From Tubiluchus corallicola (Eukaryota; Animalia; Priapulida): 64,000 nt of DNA. The stretch spans positions 2,583 to 66,582 of the forward strand of contig JAQGDQ010001059.1 of the NCBI GenBank assembly GCA_030141605.1. The letters are read 5' to 3'. The notes below the pieces were generated by a model. It was given only the letters and a program-made list of their open reading frames with translations, ran no database searches and had not been told where the DNA came from. The position numbers and the translations under genes were made by a program. Shown piece after piece: positions 11,701 through 22,960 of this stretch. Every line of letters begins with the position of its first letter. The first letter of the stretch is position 1.

Positions 11701-14700
11701 ATTTTTGAATTCATCAATTTTTCGTTGTAGGAAAAGAAAGAGAAGGACAAAGAGCAACTTCGCAAGGAAAAGAAAGAGAGGAAAAAGGAGAAAGAGGCGA
11801 GGAAGGAGCAGAAGAAGAAGGAAAAAGAACGGAAAAAAGCGGAACAGCGGGTATGATGTATTTGTCCTTATTACTTGAAGTGTTTTAGGAAGCATAATTT
11901 AAGTACAGTTAGCTCTTAAATGGAGTTGGATAGAGTGCTTGTTATTTTTTAAATAAAATGTGTTTTTTGTTTGCCTGTCTGTCTGTCTGTTTGTTTGCAT
12001 GTTTGTCTGTCTGTTTGCGTGTTTGTCTGTCTGTTTGTATGTTTGTTTGTCCGTCTGTCTGTTTGTTTGTATGTTTGTTTGACTGTTAATTTGTTTGATT
12101 TCTTATCGCTACTTAGTTAGTGGTTTCTCTTTCCTTACTCTTGAAGCCCAACGCAGTTGGTGGTTAGACGCTGCATTGAGACAATGTTGCCTAGATACTC
12201 GTTACTATAGCAACGCGTTGTAGGCAAAATTCCTTTGCATAAAGACTTACTTTGCACCCGGGTGCCTGGAGGCGTATAAAAAACAAAGAAATTCATGATC
12301 ATTACTTGGGCAAAAGAATTCAAAATAAGGTAATTAATTTGATCGGTGATGCCGCCTTGAAAAAAATTATAAATAATGTTCAAAATTGGAAATATTATTC
12401 CATCATCTTGGACTGCACACCTGATGCTGGTCACCAACTGGTCACCAAGAGCAAATGACTATGATTATGCAAATATGCAACATTCTGAGTACGCCAGTAT
12501 GGCTGTCGACGACAGCACTGGTTTAGTACTGAATTTTGAACGTTATTTATAATTTTTTTCAAGGCGGCATCTCCGATCACATTAATTACCTCAATTTGAA
12601 TTCTTTTGCCCGAGTAATGATCATGAATTTCTTTGTTTTTTATACGTTGTATACTGTTTTTAGCAGTCGTTTGGGAAGTACAAACGTAAATTATTGTACT
12701 ATTTTGCTTTACTAGTGCATTTTTCAGTAGAATAATGCAAAAATTACTGCTTTTATGTCTCAAATTATGTAAAAAAAAGTTGTCGATTTGGCGAAAGTAA
12801 AAAAATTGTCGTTAAAATGAAACGTGTGTCATTTATTATGTGGAAAAAGGTGTGGAATGTTCAGCGTCATTAAAACGAAACGTCCTCTAACTGGGAGTCG
12901 TTAAGCGAGGACTCACTGTATTTGAATATTGATCACGAATTTTAAAAAATGTTTATAAAATATATAAAAAAGGATTATTTGAAAGGACGTTTCACTAGAG
13001 TTTTTGTTTTGATATTACAGATGAGAGAAGAGAGCCCTACCCCTTTGTTGATGCCCAAATTAAAGATCAAGTTTGGAGGTGGAGGAGCGGGCGGCTCCGA
13101 GTCTCGCAAATTGTGAGTAGAACTCCGTTTGTAACATGTTTGAAAATGGTGCGTAAAGGTCAGTGAACACATCTATCTGCTCTCAAGAGTGTGAACTGTC
13201 TCTAAGTAAATAGTGTGAACCGCAAATGATGGGAGTTAAAGGACCAGAAAATGGCCAACCAAACTAAACCTCAGAAAATTCGCAATAAAAATTCTATCAC
13301 CTAAGTATGATCTTAAGCGAATAAAGTACTCACGTTTTCCCATTTACTCCAATTTTTGTAAAATACGTCAGCCGCTGCAGTAAACGTTGGCGCAGACATG
13401 TTTCATTTAGTCCGCCAATTGAAAAGCCAGCACGTGACTGATCACGTGGCAGGACGTCACTCGACACAGTCGCAGTGAGTTCTGAGCACGTGTACTATAA
13501 AGATTTGCGTTGTGGTTCTGTGACGCCATCTAATATGGCGCCGCAGTGACAGTCTCGCGGGAGGATTTAAAATGAAAACAAACAGGAAATTCTTTTAACG
13601 TGAGAATGATAAACGCTTAAGATTGCTTCTAACCGTTATAATTCTTTAGTGAAAATTTTCTGAGACTTGCTTTAACTAGGCATATTCTTTTGTTGTTTTG
13701 GAAAGTTTGTGGAATGATATTTTGATATTCTGTAACAAGTTCTGCTTAACCCAGGGGTGTGCAAATTATCTGACTAGCCGGTCCACATTAAACTTTCCCG
13801 CAATTCCTGTGGGCCACAGGCAGTTTGATCAAAGAGTCAAGTACAGAAAGGCCTAATAACGACTTTTTTGCATCCGACCTGCGTACATCATTACTACTCC
13901 ACTCAAGAAACGATTTTAGAAGTTATTAAAATTTATATTACAAACCATATATTTCTACTTTCAGGACAGATAGTGGTAATTTCATTACAATGCATATTAG
14001 TAATGTGTATCACACAGTCTGTGTAGTACAGTGACATTAAGCTACAACCGTCTTGTAAGGGTTAATGGCATCCGATCTAGTAGAAAAAAACTACCTGCAC
14101 TATCTTTGGGATCGTGGCACGGACTTCAGCTGGATACACTCAATTAATCGCCCGGGCCGCACTTTCGTTAGGTTGACAAATCTCTTCGCGGGCGGCACAA
14201 ATTCTCTCGGCGGGCCGCAATTTGCACACCCCTGACCTACACATTCCTATATATTTAGCAATATTCGTTTTAACATTAAATCAAACATTTATTGTTATGC
14301 GGCATTCAACAAAATTCAGTTGAAACATCTATATGCACAATATACACGTTTATGTGCACACAGTTCAAACAGGTCCTCTTTACTCAGAGCGCTACTTTTC
14401 CTCAAGACGAATGACGTCATTAGTGGAAGAATGCGCATCGAAAATGGCAGCGCCCAAGCATGAAGTGATCGCGACTTTAAAGTGATTTTGCTAGTGACAC
14501 GAGGTGCTTATTGCAGTTTCATTAGTAAACAAATAAGCAAGCTCATAGAATGCACGAGACGTGTCCAGTGTGGTCTGTTTCAATGGTTTATTAAGCCACT
14601 TCTACTGTAATTTAGAATGTTTGTGCTAGCCGGTAAAATGTCGCTGACTCGCCTTCGCAGTGTGTAAGAAAAAATATCGTATCTTTGCAACATTTGAAAT

Positions 14701-17473
14701 CATTTTTAGCATGCAGTAATTTGATCGTTTGCAGTTTTAGCAGTAAAAGGAAAAAACGTGTTGAATTGAATGGAGTTTGTGTTGCATTGAGTAGGAAAAC
14801 TGCCTCCCGATGTATTTAGCCGTTTTTACAGCTTAGCTTTTACTTGGCACGTTGCCAACTAATTTTGCCATGTTTCAGTAGCGTTGTCAAGGAGATTCTA
14901 CCGGATTCCGGAGATAAAGATGAGGATGCGAAACAGATGCCGAAATCATCGCCTCCACGTTCGCCGTCTCCTCTTTCTTCACCTGAGCCATCCAGTTTTA
15001 AAAAAGTGTCGCCGTTGCCGCCGCTACAGATTCCGCCCTCCCTACCGTCTCCTGTCCAGAGTCCACGAACCCGACGGGCTTCCAAACGGGATTCTCTCGA
15101 CACCAGTCCTCCTCCTCCACCCCCTAAACCTCTCGCGTCACCCAAGGTGCCTCCGTTGAAAATGAAAGCTCCGAAGATGCTGTCGTCGCCTCCGCCCACG
15201 AAAGCCGCAATGAAGGCCACCGTCAGTCCGAAGAAGCCAATCGGTCGACCACCGGGCTCCGGATCTCGTGGAGGTTTGTTCAGGGGTGCCGCCGGCCGAG
15301 GGCGCGGTCGGGGCACAGCAACGAGGGGTGCCGTCGGAAGAGGCGCGGCTCCGAAGACGCCCACCCGTGCTGTCATATCGGAGACTGAAGGAACTATTGT
15401 GGTATAATTATTGATTTTTTGTGTGTGGCATCTTATCATACTGTAATGTGTCATCGTATCATGTTGTATCGTTTGTTTTATCTCTGAATTACTTACATAT
15501 TTAAAACTTCTACAGTCTAGCCTCGTTATCTCGCCCCTCGTTATGCCGCCAAACTCATCTCTCGCCATAGAAAGTACCAGCACGGATTTCCTGCTTTGAT
15601 ATTTACCTCGTTAAGTCGCCACCCTCGCTTCTCGCCCTCGCCACGTCATGCTAGGATGAGTGCTTATGTAAACTATATTCGTTATGTCACCAAACAGACA
15701 AACTCAGAGGTGAATCGATCAATACATATACCGCGTGTCGATCAATATAACCGCGGTATGTAGACAATGCTGCTGTACTCGATAGACAGACATAATTAAT
15801 CTAGTGTGTGTCTCACCAGGATTAGATTAGGAGTGCTGTGGTTGGTTAATGCGCAGAGAAACTAAAGCGTCACCGATATCCTTACTCTATAACACCAAAG
15901 CTGCATTTAAGTTTGAGTTTCCACAAAGTGTGAGCAACTTTACATGATGTCTCTGAAGCGAAAACTGTTTTGTCTTTGTATATAGAGGAACACTATGTTA
16001 ATCAACTATTATGTACAGTATGTATATACATATAGACTGACTTCGTTATATTCCCGTTATCTCGCCATACTCGCCTCTCGCCAAAAATTTGACCTAGACA
16101 GACAGTGGCGAGATAACGAGACTAGGCTGTAGGTGTCCCCTACACATGTGTTATGTGTGGCTAGTTTTTCGTTTTCCCGTTTAATTAACGAATCAAAATT
16201 ATTGCTACTTCTTAACGTATGTCGATTTTTTTATAATATTACAGTCCTAAACTTACCATAGTAATCTTGTTGTTTTAAATTAATAAGCCTTTTCTACAGT
16301 TCCAGTGATTGATGATGATCGTGAAAAGGTCAAAGGTTAAGTGTACCATACAACACATTTGTGTACACTTGACAACGCCTCGCAGTCCATGCTGCTGCAA
16401 TAGTAACCGTTTTAACAACTAAATATAACCTCACCTAGTTTATTTTTTCTTGTTCCCAAGTTAGATCCTGCTAGTAAATGATTCTACACTTAGACTAATG
16501 TATAATTAAGTGAAGTCCACGTAAAACAACCGAATTTACTGAACCGATGCGGCAGACAGCTTTAACCACACGTCACGCGCTCATTGCAGTTAAGATGCGA
16601 CGAGGTGGAGCACTTAACTTTTGACCTGCAGCAACTGCGCATGCGCACGACGAATCTGCGAAAATGTTTATTTTAGGGATTCCAAAGATAAGCAAGCACA
16701 GTTTATGAATTAAACTAAACATTTTATCAACTTTGTCTTCTAGGAAATTTGATTATTTTTTGTCGTAGAGTTATCGTGTCAATAACCCTTTTTTATTGTT
16801 TTGGCCGTATCATTTTATTTCATTTCTTTTTGTTATTATTCTTATTTTTTGTTTTGCTTTGTTTTGTATCTGTTGCTTTACGGTTGCGACCAGAGTTCTT
16901 TACCTGGTCATTGTACATCGATGCCCGCTGGTCAGTTTGGACGAGGAGAGAGTAGTTTTTCCGGTAATGGTTGTGAACTGAAATTAGTTATCAAGAGATG
17001 TAGGAAAGGTTGGAGGTGATGTTGCACAAAATTACAGTTGAATTAAATGGTTGAGTTATGGAGTCTGTACGGCTGCTGCTTGCTTTGCTTTCAATTGTGA
17101 AATTTTGTTTGTTTTTGTTTGAAGTAAAGTTATTTTTCCGTTGGAATTTTCCTATATTAACCATCTACTTTTCAGATAACTATTCAACAAGCTCAACTTC
17201 GCATGTTGGTCTTGTTTTTCTTTTAAGTTTAAATTCCATTTTAAATTTATTCAATTATAATTGAAAGAAATACGTTTGTGCCAACTAATAAACAATAATA
17301 AACTAATAAAAAATTATTAGTTCTTGTTGTGGAGATCGCTGGCATCTATTAGAATTAAATAGAACATTGTAGAATGTTCCGTTAAAATAATCGTCTTACC
17401 GTGTAGAATGTTCTGGAAGAAACATCTAGAAGCTTCTCGGGCACCCTATATAAGGCGAAGCAGGCTGCTGAAG

Positions 17474-17528
<55 letters not shown>

Positions 17529-20500
17529 GCCACTTACACATTCTCTTGTATACTTGTATTTTCAGATACACTTAAACATTTTCCAAATTTTCACGTTTAC
17601 TGTAAACATTTTGCGTTCCTTCATACTTTTGTGTTGTAGAATTCTCGCTTAATAAACTAGTTTAATTCGACCAAGTGTTTTCTGGTTTTCTCTACGAGCC
17701 TTCCGAGAGAAACAAAACACAACAGTTATCAATTACTATTATTTATTATTTATTAGTTGGTACAAATGTGTTACTATCATTTGGCATGCTTCGTAATAAC
17801 TTCTGTTTCTTTTAACTTCTTTTGCGAGTTTCGTTTCATTATTTTTTGTTTTTCTTTCTTTACCGTTAACGAATTAAGTTAAATTAGTGAATAGGGGTGA
17901 GCATCGAACGTTCGAATTCGATTCGAACGAGTTTTTTAATTCGAATTCGATTCAAACCTAAAACTATAGATTCGAATAATTCAGCACTTCAATCGCACAT
18001 GTTCTTTATCATTAAAACGATTGAAACATCGTGCAATTAGCATAATTTAGCTGTGATTTCTGCGCACAATTTTAAACAAATTACTAGTCGTTTTATTACA
18101 GAACAAAATCTAGTGATATGCATGATCTTTGTAAGACTAATTTTTACTGGTGGTTCGATAACTTGTTGGAAAATGTTTCTATCTCAATTCGAATTCGGTT
18201 CGAATTCGAAACACTGAAGTTCGGTTCGATTCGAATTCAAAAGTCACAAATTCGGTTCGATTCGAATTCGCTTTCTGGTAGAGAATGCTCATGTCTACCA
18301 ATGAACAGTGTAAATTTTATTTGTCTTTCCTCCATTTATGATTTCTCACTTTATTTCAGTTTGTTTTATTGCCGACTTGTGCTAAGTTTCTTTATTGAGT
18401 CCATATTTTTTGTTTTTGAACCCGACATTTCACGAGTCCTTTTTCCTTATGTTGGCAGTTCTTACTGTGAGGAAATTACTGCCTAGTGTTATAAAAATGC
18501 ATGTGCAACTGCCCAACTGCTAAGCAGAACTGTGATTTCACTAATGGAATCTTATTTTTTCAAGCAAAAACCCCAAAATTTTTTTAAAAACAAGAAGAGG
18601 CGAATTTTTGAAATGCTATCTTGTAGAAGCTCCATTTTCGCGTACTAAACGTAAACCCTTTTGGAAACTGCTGGGGAGAATTGTTTGTTTTCAGGGAAAA
18701 CTAATGATACGTTACGTCACGACGCCATCTACCTTTTGAATTCTTCTAGCTTCTCCAGACATCTTGATTTTTGTTCAACCTTTAAACGTTTTCCTTGCGT
18801 GACATTTTACGTCGTAATTTTTGCATTTTTGACAAAGTGGTAGTCTGTAGTATGTACAACAGGGATGAGAATTTTCCGTGGATACGCGTAATTCCGAGTA
18901 TTTGGAAGACCAGTAGTGCCATTGTTGTAAATCGCGTAAATTCGTTGAGAAAATTTTTACGGACCCAGTACATTATTTCACAAACTGACCGCTAGTTGGC
19001 AGGCCGTCACTTTGTTTACATCACGTACATCAGGGTAACCACGTGTATATCTCTATGTATAAAAATATAGAATCAATTGTGCGGAGTTATTTGAGTCAAT
19101 TGCAGACAGTTTTTATATACTTTTGCATAGGAGCGGCCAGTACTTAGGCGTTTTTGAGACAATTAGGTATCATGTATCCTTGATAGTTGGGTATTTTAAA
19201 TTATGCATGAAACAAGGTAATTGATATTTGAAGTCCACTTAGAGGCTCTCTATGGTCACAAAATTGCAATTTGTTTCTGGCTCCAAGGGGGTCTCGCCAC
19301 CTTTAACCCCCACGGGGGCTTTGCCTCTCAACTACTCCATTGGGGACCTAGATGGCTCCCAAACCCCCGGCCTGTTTCAGAGTTTTTTGCTATTTGTCAT
19401 TCTCATTCTTGACGTACAATTTTGCTTGTGTTTGCACAACTGTAAAATACTCGTTTTTATATCGTAGGACGATCACGGGCAAAAAATCTGGATCTGTCCG
19501 GCGTGCAAAATGCAAGACGACGGCTCACCGATGATTGGCTGCGACCGTTGCGATGACTGGTACCACTGGTATGTAAGCTGTTCGATAATAATACTAACTA
19601 GCAAAGGCCCCGCAAAAAATTTTGCGTTTAGATACACTTATAATCAACAATGCGCGAACATTCTACCTAGTCCTCATTTACAACGCAAAGCCAGCAGCAG
19701 CTTTTACTGAATTAAAGCTATAAGGTTATTGACAGAGTATAATGGATGATGTCAGAACAATGGCTTTGCGTCAGCAGTTTTCCAAGCGAAAATTGCCAAA
19801 AATAGAACATCTAATTAACTCGTCGTCACTCCTTTTGGTGGACGTGTCCTGAAATATAGCTCACATCATCCTGTGGCCTTGTTCTTGCTCTTTCTAAGGA
19901 GCTGTATATCTCCTTCAGAGAGTCCCAGGAGGCACCGCTAGAACATTTTTTCCGCATGCTGTTTGGTCAAAATTTCGAAAAAATGGCACGACACTAGATT
20001 GAGACCTTTCGTTTGATGTATAGATCGCTGCAAATGGTGCCGTCGTCGAAGCTGTAGCCACGAATCTTATATATATATATTAAGCCCATACCAGTAGGAT
20101 TAATATATACGATAACTGTGTTTGTTTAGCTACCACTGCTGTGACCAGACGTTTTTCTTAACATCCCTCCGTTGTGTTGTGTTTCTCTCGGAAGGCTCGT
20201 AGAGAAAACCAGAAAACACTTCGTCAAATTAAACTAGTTTATTAAGCGAGAATTCTACAACACAAAAGTATGAAGGAACGCGAAATGATTACAGTAAACG
20301 TGAAAATCTGGAAAACGTTTGAGTGTATCTGAAAATACAAGTATACAAGAGAATGTGTAAGTGGCGTTCGTGTGAATCTGTGTGTGTGTGTCTCAGCGGT
20401 CTGCTTCGCCTTATATAGCGTGCCCGAGAAGCTTCTACAAGTTTCTTTTAGAACATTCTACAAAGTAAGACGATTATTCTAACGGAACATTCTACAATGT

Positions 20501-22944
20501 TCTATGTAATTCTAATAGATGCCAGCGATCTCCGCAACACCCTGCAGGAAACTTTGGACAAATTTTCGCGTGTTGGCTTATTAATATTAGCTGAGAATGA
20601 AAACTGAAGTTTTTTTCATGTTCCAGTAGCAAACTTGTGGCACCCGGGGGGGAAAATCTTCTGGCACCCCACCCTTTTAATGTTTTGATTATTTGTTTCA
20701 TGGGTGAAGCCACAATGTGCACGCTCTTTGCCCCACTTTCCTTTTTGACATGATACAATAAAATAAATGAATTTATTTCATCGATAAATAAATAAATAAA
20801 TAAAACGATAAATAAATAAATGAAATAAATAAAAGAATCACCCTGAGTTTGACTTGCAGTACTGCACTAAAGTAACTCTTTTCTTTGCTTTAGTTGCTCG
20901 TAACGCGACAACCGTTAAACATTCAGCTCCAGCGTTTAAACATGCAAAAATTATGAAAGATACAGAACACTGCAGGTTTTCACAATAATACAATCTGTAT
21001 CTTCCAAAATTATCGATTAGAGTAACTCTTTTTTATGCATTAGTTACTCATAACATGACAACCGTTAAACATTCAGCTCCAGCATTAAAACATGGAAATA
21101 TTATGAAAGATACAGAACACTGCAGGTTTTCACAATAATACAAGCTTATCGATCAGCTAAGCCACGTGACACCCTATGCATGCATTAAGTAACAAAATTA
21201 GCCTTTTTTCTTTGCTGTACATAGTAATTAAATCGGCTACAATGATCTCTGCCTGGGCAGTTTTGTTGTAGTTTGAAAACTGTTGTGGAGATTACTGACG
21301 TCAAGTAGAACTGCATAGAACATCGTAGAATGTTCCGTCGGAATGACCGCCTTACCGTCTGGATTGTTCTCGAACATTTGTTCAAGAAGTTTCTCCAGCG
21401 CGCTATATAAGGCGAAGCGGCTGCCGACACAGGACGGCACATCGCACACAGATCTAACACGGACTTGTACTTATTCTTGTATACTTACTTAAACATTTTC
21501 CAGACTTTCACGTTTAGTATAATCATTTCTCGTTCCTTTATACTTGTTTTGTAAGAATTCTCGCTCAATAAAGTAATAACATTTAACGGCGTGTTTTCTG
21601 GTTTTCTCTACGAGCCTTCCGAGAGAAACAAAACACAACAGAAACTTTTGTTAATTGCTAATGTCGGATTAGTAATTAACAATTAACAGTCATTAAACTC
21701 TTAGAAGAATTTTCGCGGCCTCTCACTCTTGCGCCTCGGGAAGATTGCCCCTTTGTTACGCCTCTGATACGAGCTGCTTGCTTTTGTGCTTATCCAGAAT
21801 GTGTGGATGTTGTTTTACCTCTTTTCAGCTTGGCTTCATTTCAACTCGGTTGTGTGATACATGTTATTTGACATTTGTTGATAAGTTTGGATGATGATCT
21901 AATCTTTTGCAAATACTGGAATGTATCATGATAACTGAGTGAAAATTTCTTCGTTCACCTCTTTACTGTTGAATGCTGTTCTAGTGCTGCCAGCTTTGTA
22001 CTAATCTGTTAATTATTACAGTCTAGCCTCGTTATCTAGCCCGTCGTTATGCTGCCAAACTCGCCTCTCGCCATAGAAAGTACCAGGACGGATTTCCTGC
22101 TTTGATATTTACCTCGTTAAGTCGCCACGTCATGCTAGGATGAGTGCTTATGTAAACTACATTCGTTATGTCGCCAAACAGACAAACTCAGAGGTGAATC
22201 GATCAATACATATACCGCGTGTCGATTAATATAACCGCGGTATGTAGACAATGCTGCTGTACTCGATAGACAGACATAATTAATCTAGTGTGTGTCTCTA
22301 GAGGGTTAGATTAGGAGTGCTGTGGTTGGTTAATGCGCAGAGAAACTAAAGTGTCACGTTTATTGCATTTAAGTGTATACTCGAAAAAGGTTTTTTAAAT
22401 AAAAAAGTAACATTCTAAGATTATTTTTACATTTTTTCATTTCTGATTTAATGTTGATTGGTATCATAATGCGAAATATATTTTATATGTACATAGAGGA
22501 ACACTATGTTAATCAACTATTATGTATATACATATAGACTAACTTCGTTATATTCCCGTTATCTCGCCATACTCGCCTCTCGCCAAAAATTTGCCCTAGA
22601 CGGACAGTGGCGAGATAACGAGACTAGACTGTATTAATGATGTGTACAAGTGCTAACCTATTTACAAAAGTATTACATAAATTGACTATATGTACATTTT
22701 CAGGCAAAGATGGTGGCTATTTTGTCAGTGTTCTACCGTCATTTGTAGCGGTTTGCTGCCGTTTATGAATTAGTTTAAAACTTTGCTAACAGATGTCACT
22801 AATTTTCACTGTAGGGTGTGCGTTGGAATAAAATCTGAACCGGGTGACGACGAATGGTTCTGCGAGAAGTGCCGACCGTCGCACAAACCCAGCACTGGAA
22901 GGCCCAGGGGCAGGGGGCGTGGTCGTCGTAAGAAAAAGGTGTAA
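828..22944 (+). CDS. TAF3: TAF3 (TFIID subunit 3), spliced CDS: 828-990, 3834-3925, 5886-6036, 7294-7444, 9393-10941, 11731-11850, 13021-13112, 14879(or 14882)-15401, 19468-19568, 22815-22944; about 1023 aa
   Basis: All junctions are GT-AG and phase-consistent (sum 3072 nt). N-terminal bromodomain-associated histone fold (VVAQICQNLGW...RYSEQFGRTDPVLDDVGLAFRDLGI), K/E-rich region, C-terminal PHD (KIWICPACKMQDDGSPMIGCDRCDDWYHWVCVGI...WFCEKC). Confidence 0.95.
1016..1499. mobile_element. hAT/Charlie-like MITE, family A
   Basis: TIR CAGGGGTGTGCAAA; imperfect 8-bp TSD acttaaag/atttaaag; five copies in the window. Confidence 0.85.
1506..2037. mobile_element. Kolobok-like non-autonomous element (related pieces at about 6188-7160, 11506-11620, and inverted at about 46160-46647)
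   Basis: TTAA flanks, AG...CT ends, dispersed homologous copies. Confidence 0.6.
2263..2720. mobile_element. Tigger/pogo-like MITE
   Basis: TA|CAGTGTTCCCTC...AGGGAACACT; inverted relative at 55193-55894. Confidence 0.8.
2998..3193 (-). repeat. Inverted duplicate of the TAF3 exon 5 3' end, its donor site and the adjacent mini-MITE (source 10839-11031)
   Basis: Reverse complement aligns across about 195 nt, including CAG|GT(A/G)AG. Confidence 0.92.
3273..3770 (-). mobile_element. Non-autonomous bipartite RTE-clade retroelement (5'UTR joined to a degenerate ORF C-terminus and a (GAA)n tail)
   Basis: TSD aatattttaa(t/c)aaagatt at 3255-3272 and 3771-3788; minus-strand translation LKGKVHK.VVRHALIYG...EMRMLR*MVGITRRDKIRN...RLRWYEH is typical of RTE. 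Confidence 0.85.
3696..3770 (-). ncRNA. Twister ribozyme motif (P1-type, with P3) at the 5' end of the RTE element
   Basis: AACC-UAA-CC-ACUGGG..CUCAGU-GCCGGUCCCAAGCCCGGAUAAA-UAGG-GAG-GGUU; core matches the well-known eukaryotic twister motif; P1 = AACC/GGUU. Confidence 0.8.
3834..3925 (+). CDS. TAF3: TAF3 coding exon 2
   Basis: TTTGCAG|...FGRTDPVLDDVGLAFRDLGISVSELEDYVRE|GTGAG. Confidence 0.92.
3983..4665. mobile_element. Kolobok-like MITE (inverted copy at about 41930-42467; partial copies at about 13241-13680 and from 45929)
   Basis: TTAA|AGCACAAGAAAA...TTTTCTTGTCCT|TTAA. Confidence 0.72.
5249..5859. mobile_element. Tc1/mariner-pogo-type MITE, family D
   Basis: TA TSD; TIR CAG(C/T)CTAG(T/C)CTCGTTATCTCGCC; near-identical inverted copies at 15513-16129 and 22019-22631. 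Confidence 0.88.
5886..6036 (+). CDS. TAF3: TAF3 coding exon 3
   Basis: VEPIPFAQKARAFPVPKPNNLHFP...HIPRYLPLMYP; AG/GT boundaries. Confidence 0.9.
6279..6748. mobile_element. MITE family B (CAGGGATGAGAA TIR), nested in a Kolobok-like element
   Basis: TIRs; flanking aagctt duplication; empty-site homologue at about 11581-11610. Confidence 0.85.
7294..7444 (+). CDS. TAF3: TAF3 coding exon 4
   Basis: Phase-matched exon EKEEAPASP...FSAKRPR; TTTATCTAG acceptor, AAG|GTATCC donor. Confidence 0.82.
7584..8047 (+). mobile_element. tRNA-derived SINE (Meta-domain-like core) with a long (ATT)n tail
   Basis: Box A TAGTCTAGTGG, box B GTTCGAACC, core GGGTCATA.CAAAGACTTTAAAAATGGTAC, tail AATAAAG(ATT)n. Confidence 0.82.
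8627..8954 (-). mobile_element. Second copy of the same tRNA-SINE, inverted
   Basis: Reverse complement of 7584-7840 with a (TAA)n tail on the + strand. Confidence 0.85.
9393..10941 (+). CDS. TAF3: TAF3 coding exon 5 (large, Lys- and Pro-rich)
   Basis: Part of the 604-aa ORF; REPTSVVMTSQGVISPVCAGKLPEAR motif; donor CAG|GTAAGA. Confidence 0.9.
10947..11470 (+). repeat. Five tandem units of about 108 bp, each containing a 66-bp hAT-like mini-MITE
   Basis: TIR CAGGGGCATTGCTAGG / CCTAGCGATGCCACTG with 8-bp TSD ACAGAACC; array starts 5 nt into intron 5. Confidence 0.9.
11731..11850 (+). CDS. TAF3: TAF3 coding exon 6 (K/E-rich)
   Basis: EKKEKDKEQLRKEKKERKKEKE...; 120 nt, phase 0/0. Confidence 0.85.
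12135..12646. pseudogene. Rearranged hAT (ZMYM1-like/DUF4371) transposase fragments, including a 115-bp inverted duplication
   Basis: HDHYLGKRIQNKVINLIG...KYYSIILDCTPDAGH; arms 12273-12387 and 12532-12646. Confidence 0.78.
13021..13112 (+). CDS. TAF3: TAF3 coding exon 7
   Basis: MREESPTPLLMPKLKIKFGGGG; TTACAG acceptor, GTGAGT donor. Confidence 0.82.
13752..14234. mobile_element. hAT/Charlie-like MITE family A (inverted relative to the 1016 copy)
   Basis: Same TIRs and internal sequence. Confidence 0.85.
14879..15401 (+). CDS. TAF3: TAF3 coding exon 8 (Pro/Ser-rich, RG repeats)
   Basis: Within the 187-aa ORF; ends RAVISETEGTIV just before the PHD; tandem CAGTAG acceptor. Confidence 0.85.
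15513..16129. mobile_element. MITE family D
   Basis: TA TSD, TIRs, homology to 5249-5859. Confidence 0.88.
17325..17724 (+). mobile_element. Solo LTR
   Basis: TGTTG...CAACA ends, TATATAA, AATAAA, 5-bp TSD gttct/gttat, internal (AG)n. Confidence 0.85.
17892..18297. mobile_element. hAT MITE family E (TAGGGGTGAGCAT TIR, internal TTCGAA repeats)
   Basis: Homologous to 23626-23985 and 62173-62568. Confidence 0.8.
18860..19411. mobile_element. MITE family B
   Basis: TIRs; TSD atgtacaa/acgtacaa. Confidence 0.85.
19468..19568 (+). CDS. TAF3: TAF3 coding exon 9 (PHD first half)
   Basis: DDHGQKIWICPACKMQDDGSPMIGCDRCDDWYHW. Confidence 0.95.
19598..20112 (-). mobile_element. Non-autonomous Helitron-like element
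   Basis: Minus-strand 3' end CTAG preceded by hairpin CGCAAAATTTTTTGCG; its 5' end (TATATATTAAT.CTACTGGTATGGG) recurs at about 25960-26058. Confidence 0.62.
20170..20539 (-). mobile_element. Solo LTR, same family as 17325
   Basis: Reverse complement homology; TSD ccctc/ccctg. Confidence 0.85.
20871..21143. repeat. Two-copy direct duplication (150-bp period)
   Basis: AGTAACTCTTTT...CACAATAATACAA at 20871 and 21021. Confidence 0.8.
21281..21640 (+). mobile_element. Solo LTR, same family (diverged subfamily)
   Basis: TGTTGTGGAGAT...AACACAACA; TSD aaaac/gaaac. Confidence 0.85.
22019..22631. mobile_element. MITE family D
   Basis: TA TSD, TIRs. Confidence 0.87.
22815..22944 (+). CDS. TAF3: TAF3 coding exon 10 (PHD second half, stop codon)
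   Basis: VCVGIKSEPGDDEWFCEKCRP...GRPRGRGRGRRKKKV*. Confidence 0.92.
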
Positions 22945-22960
22945 GACTGCGTACAAGCTT

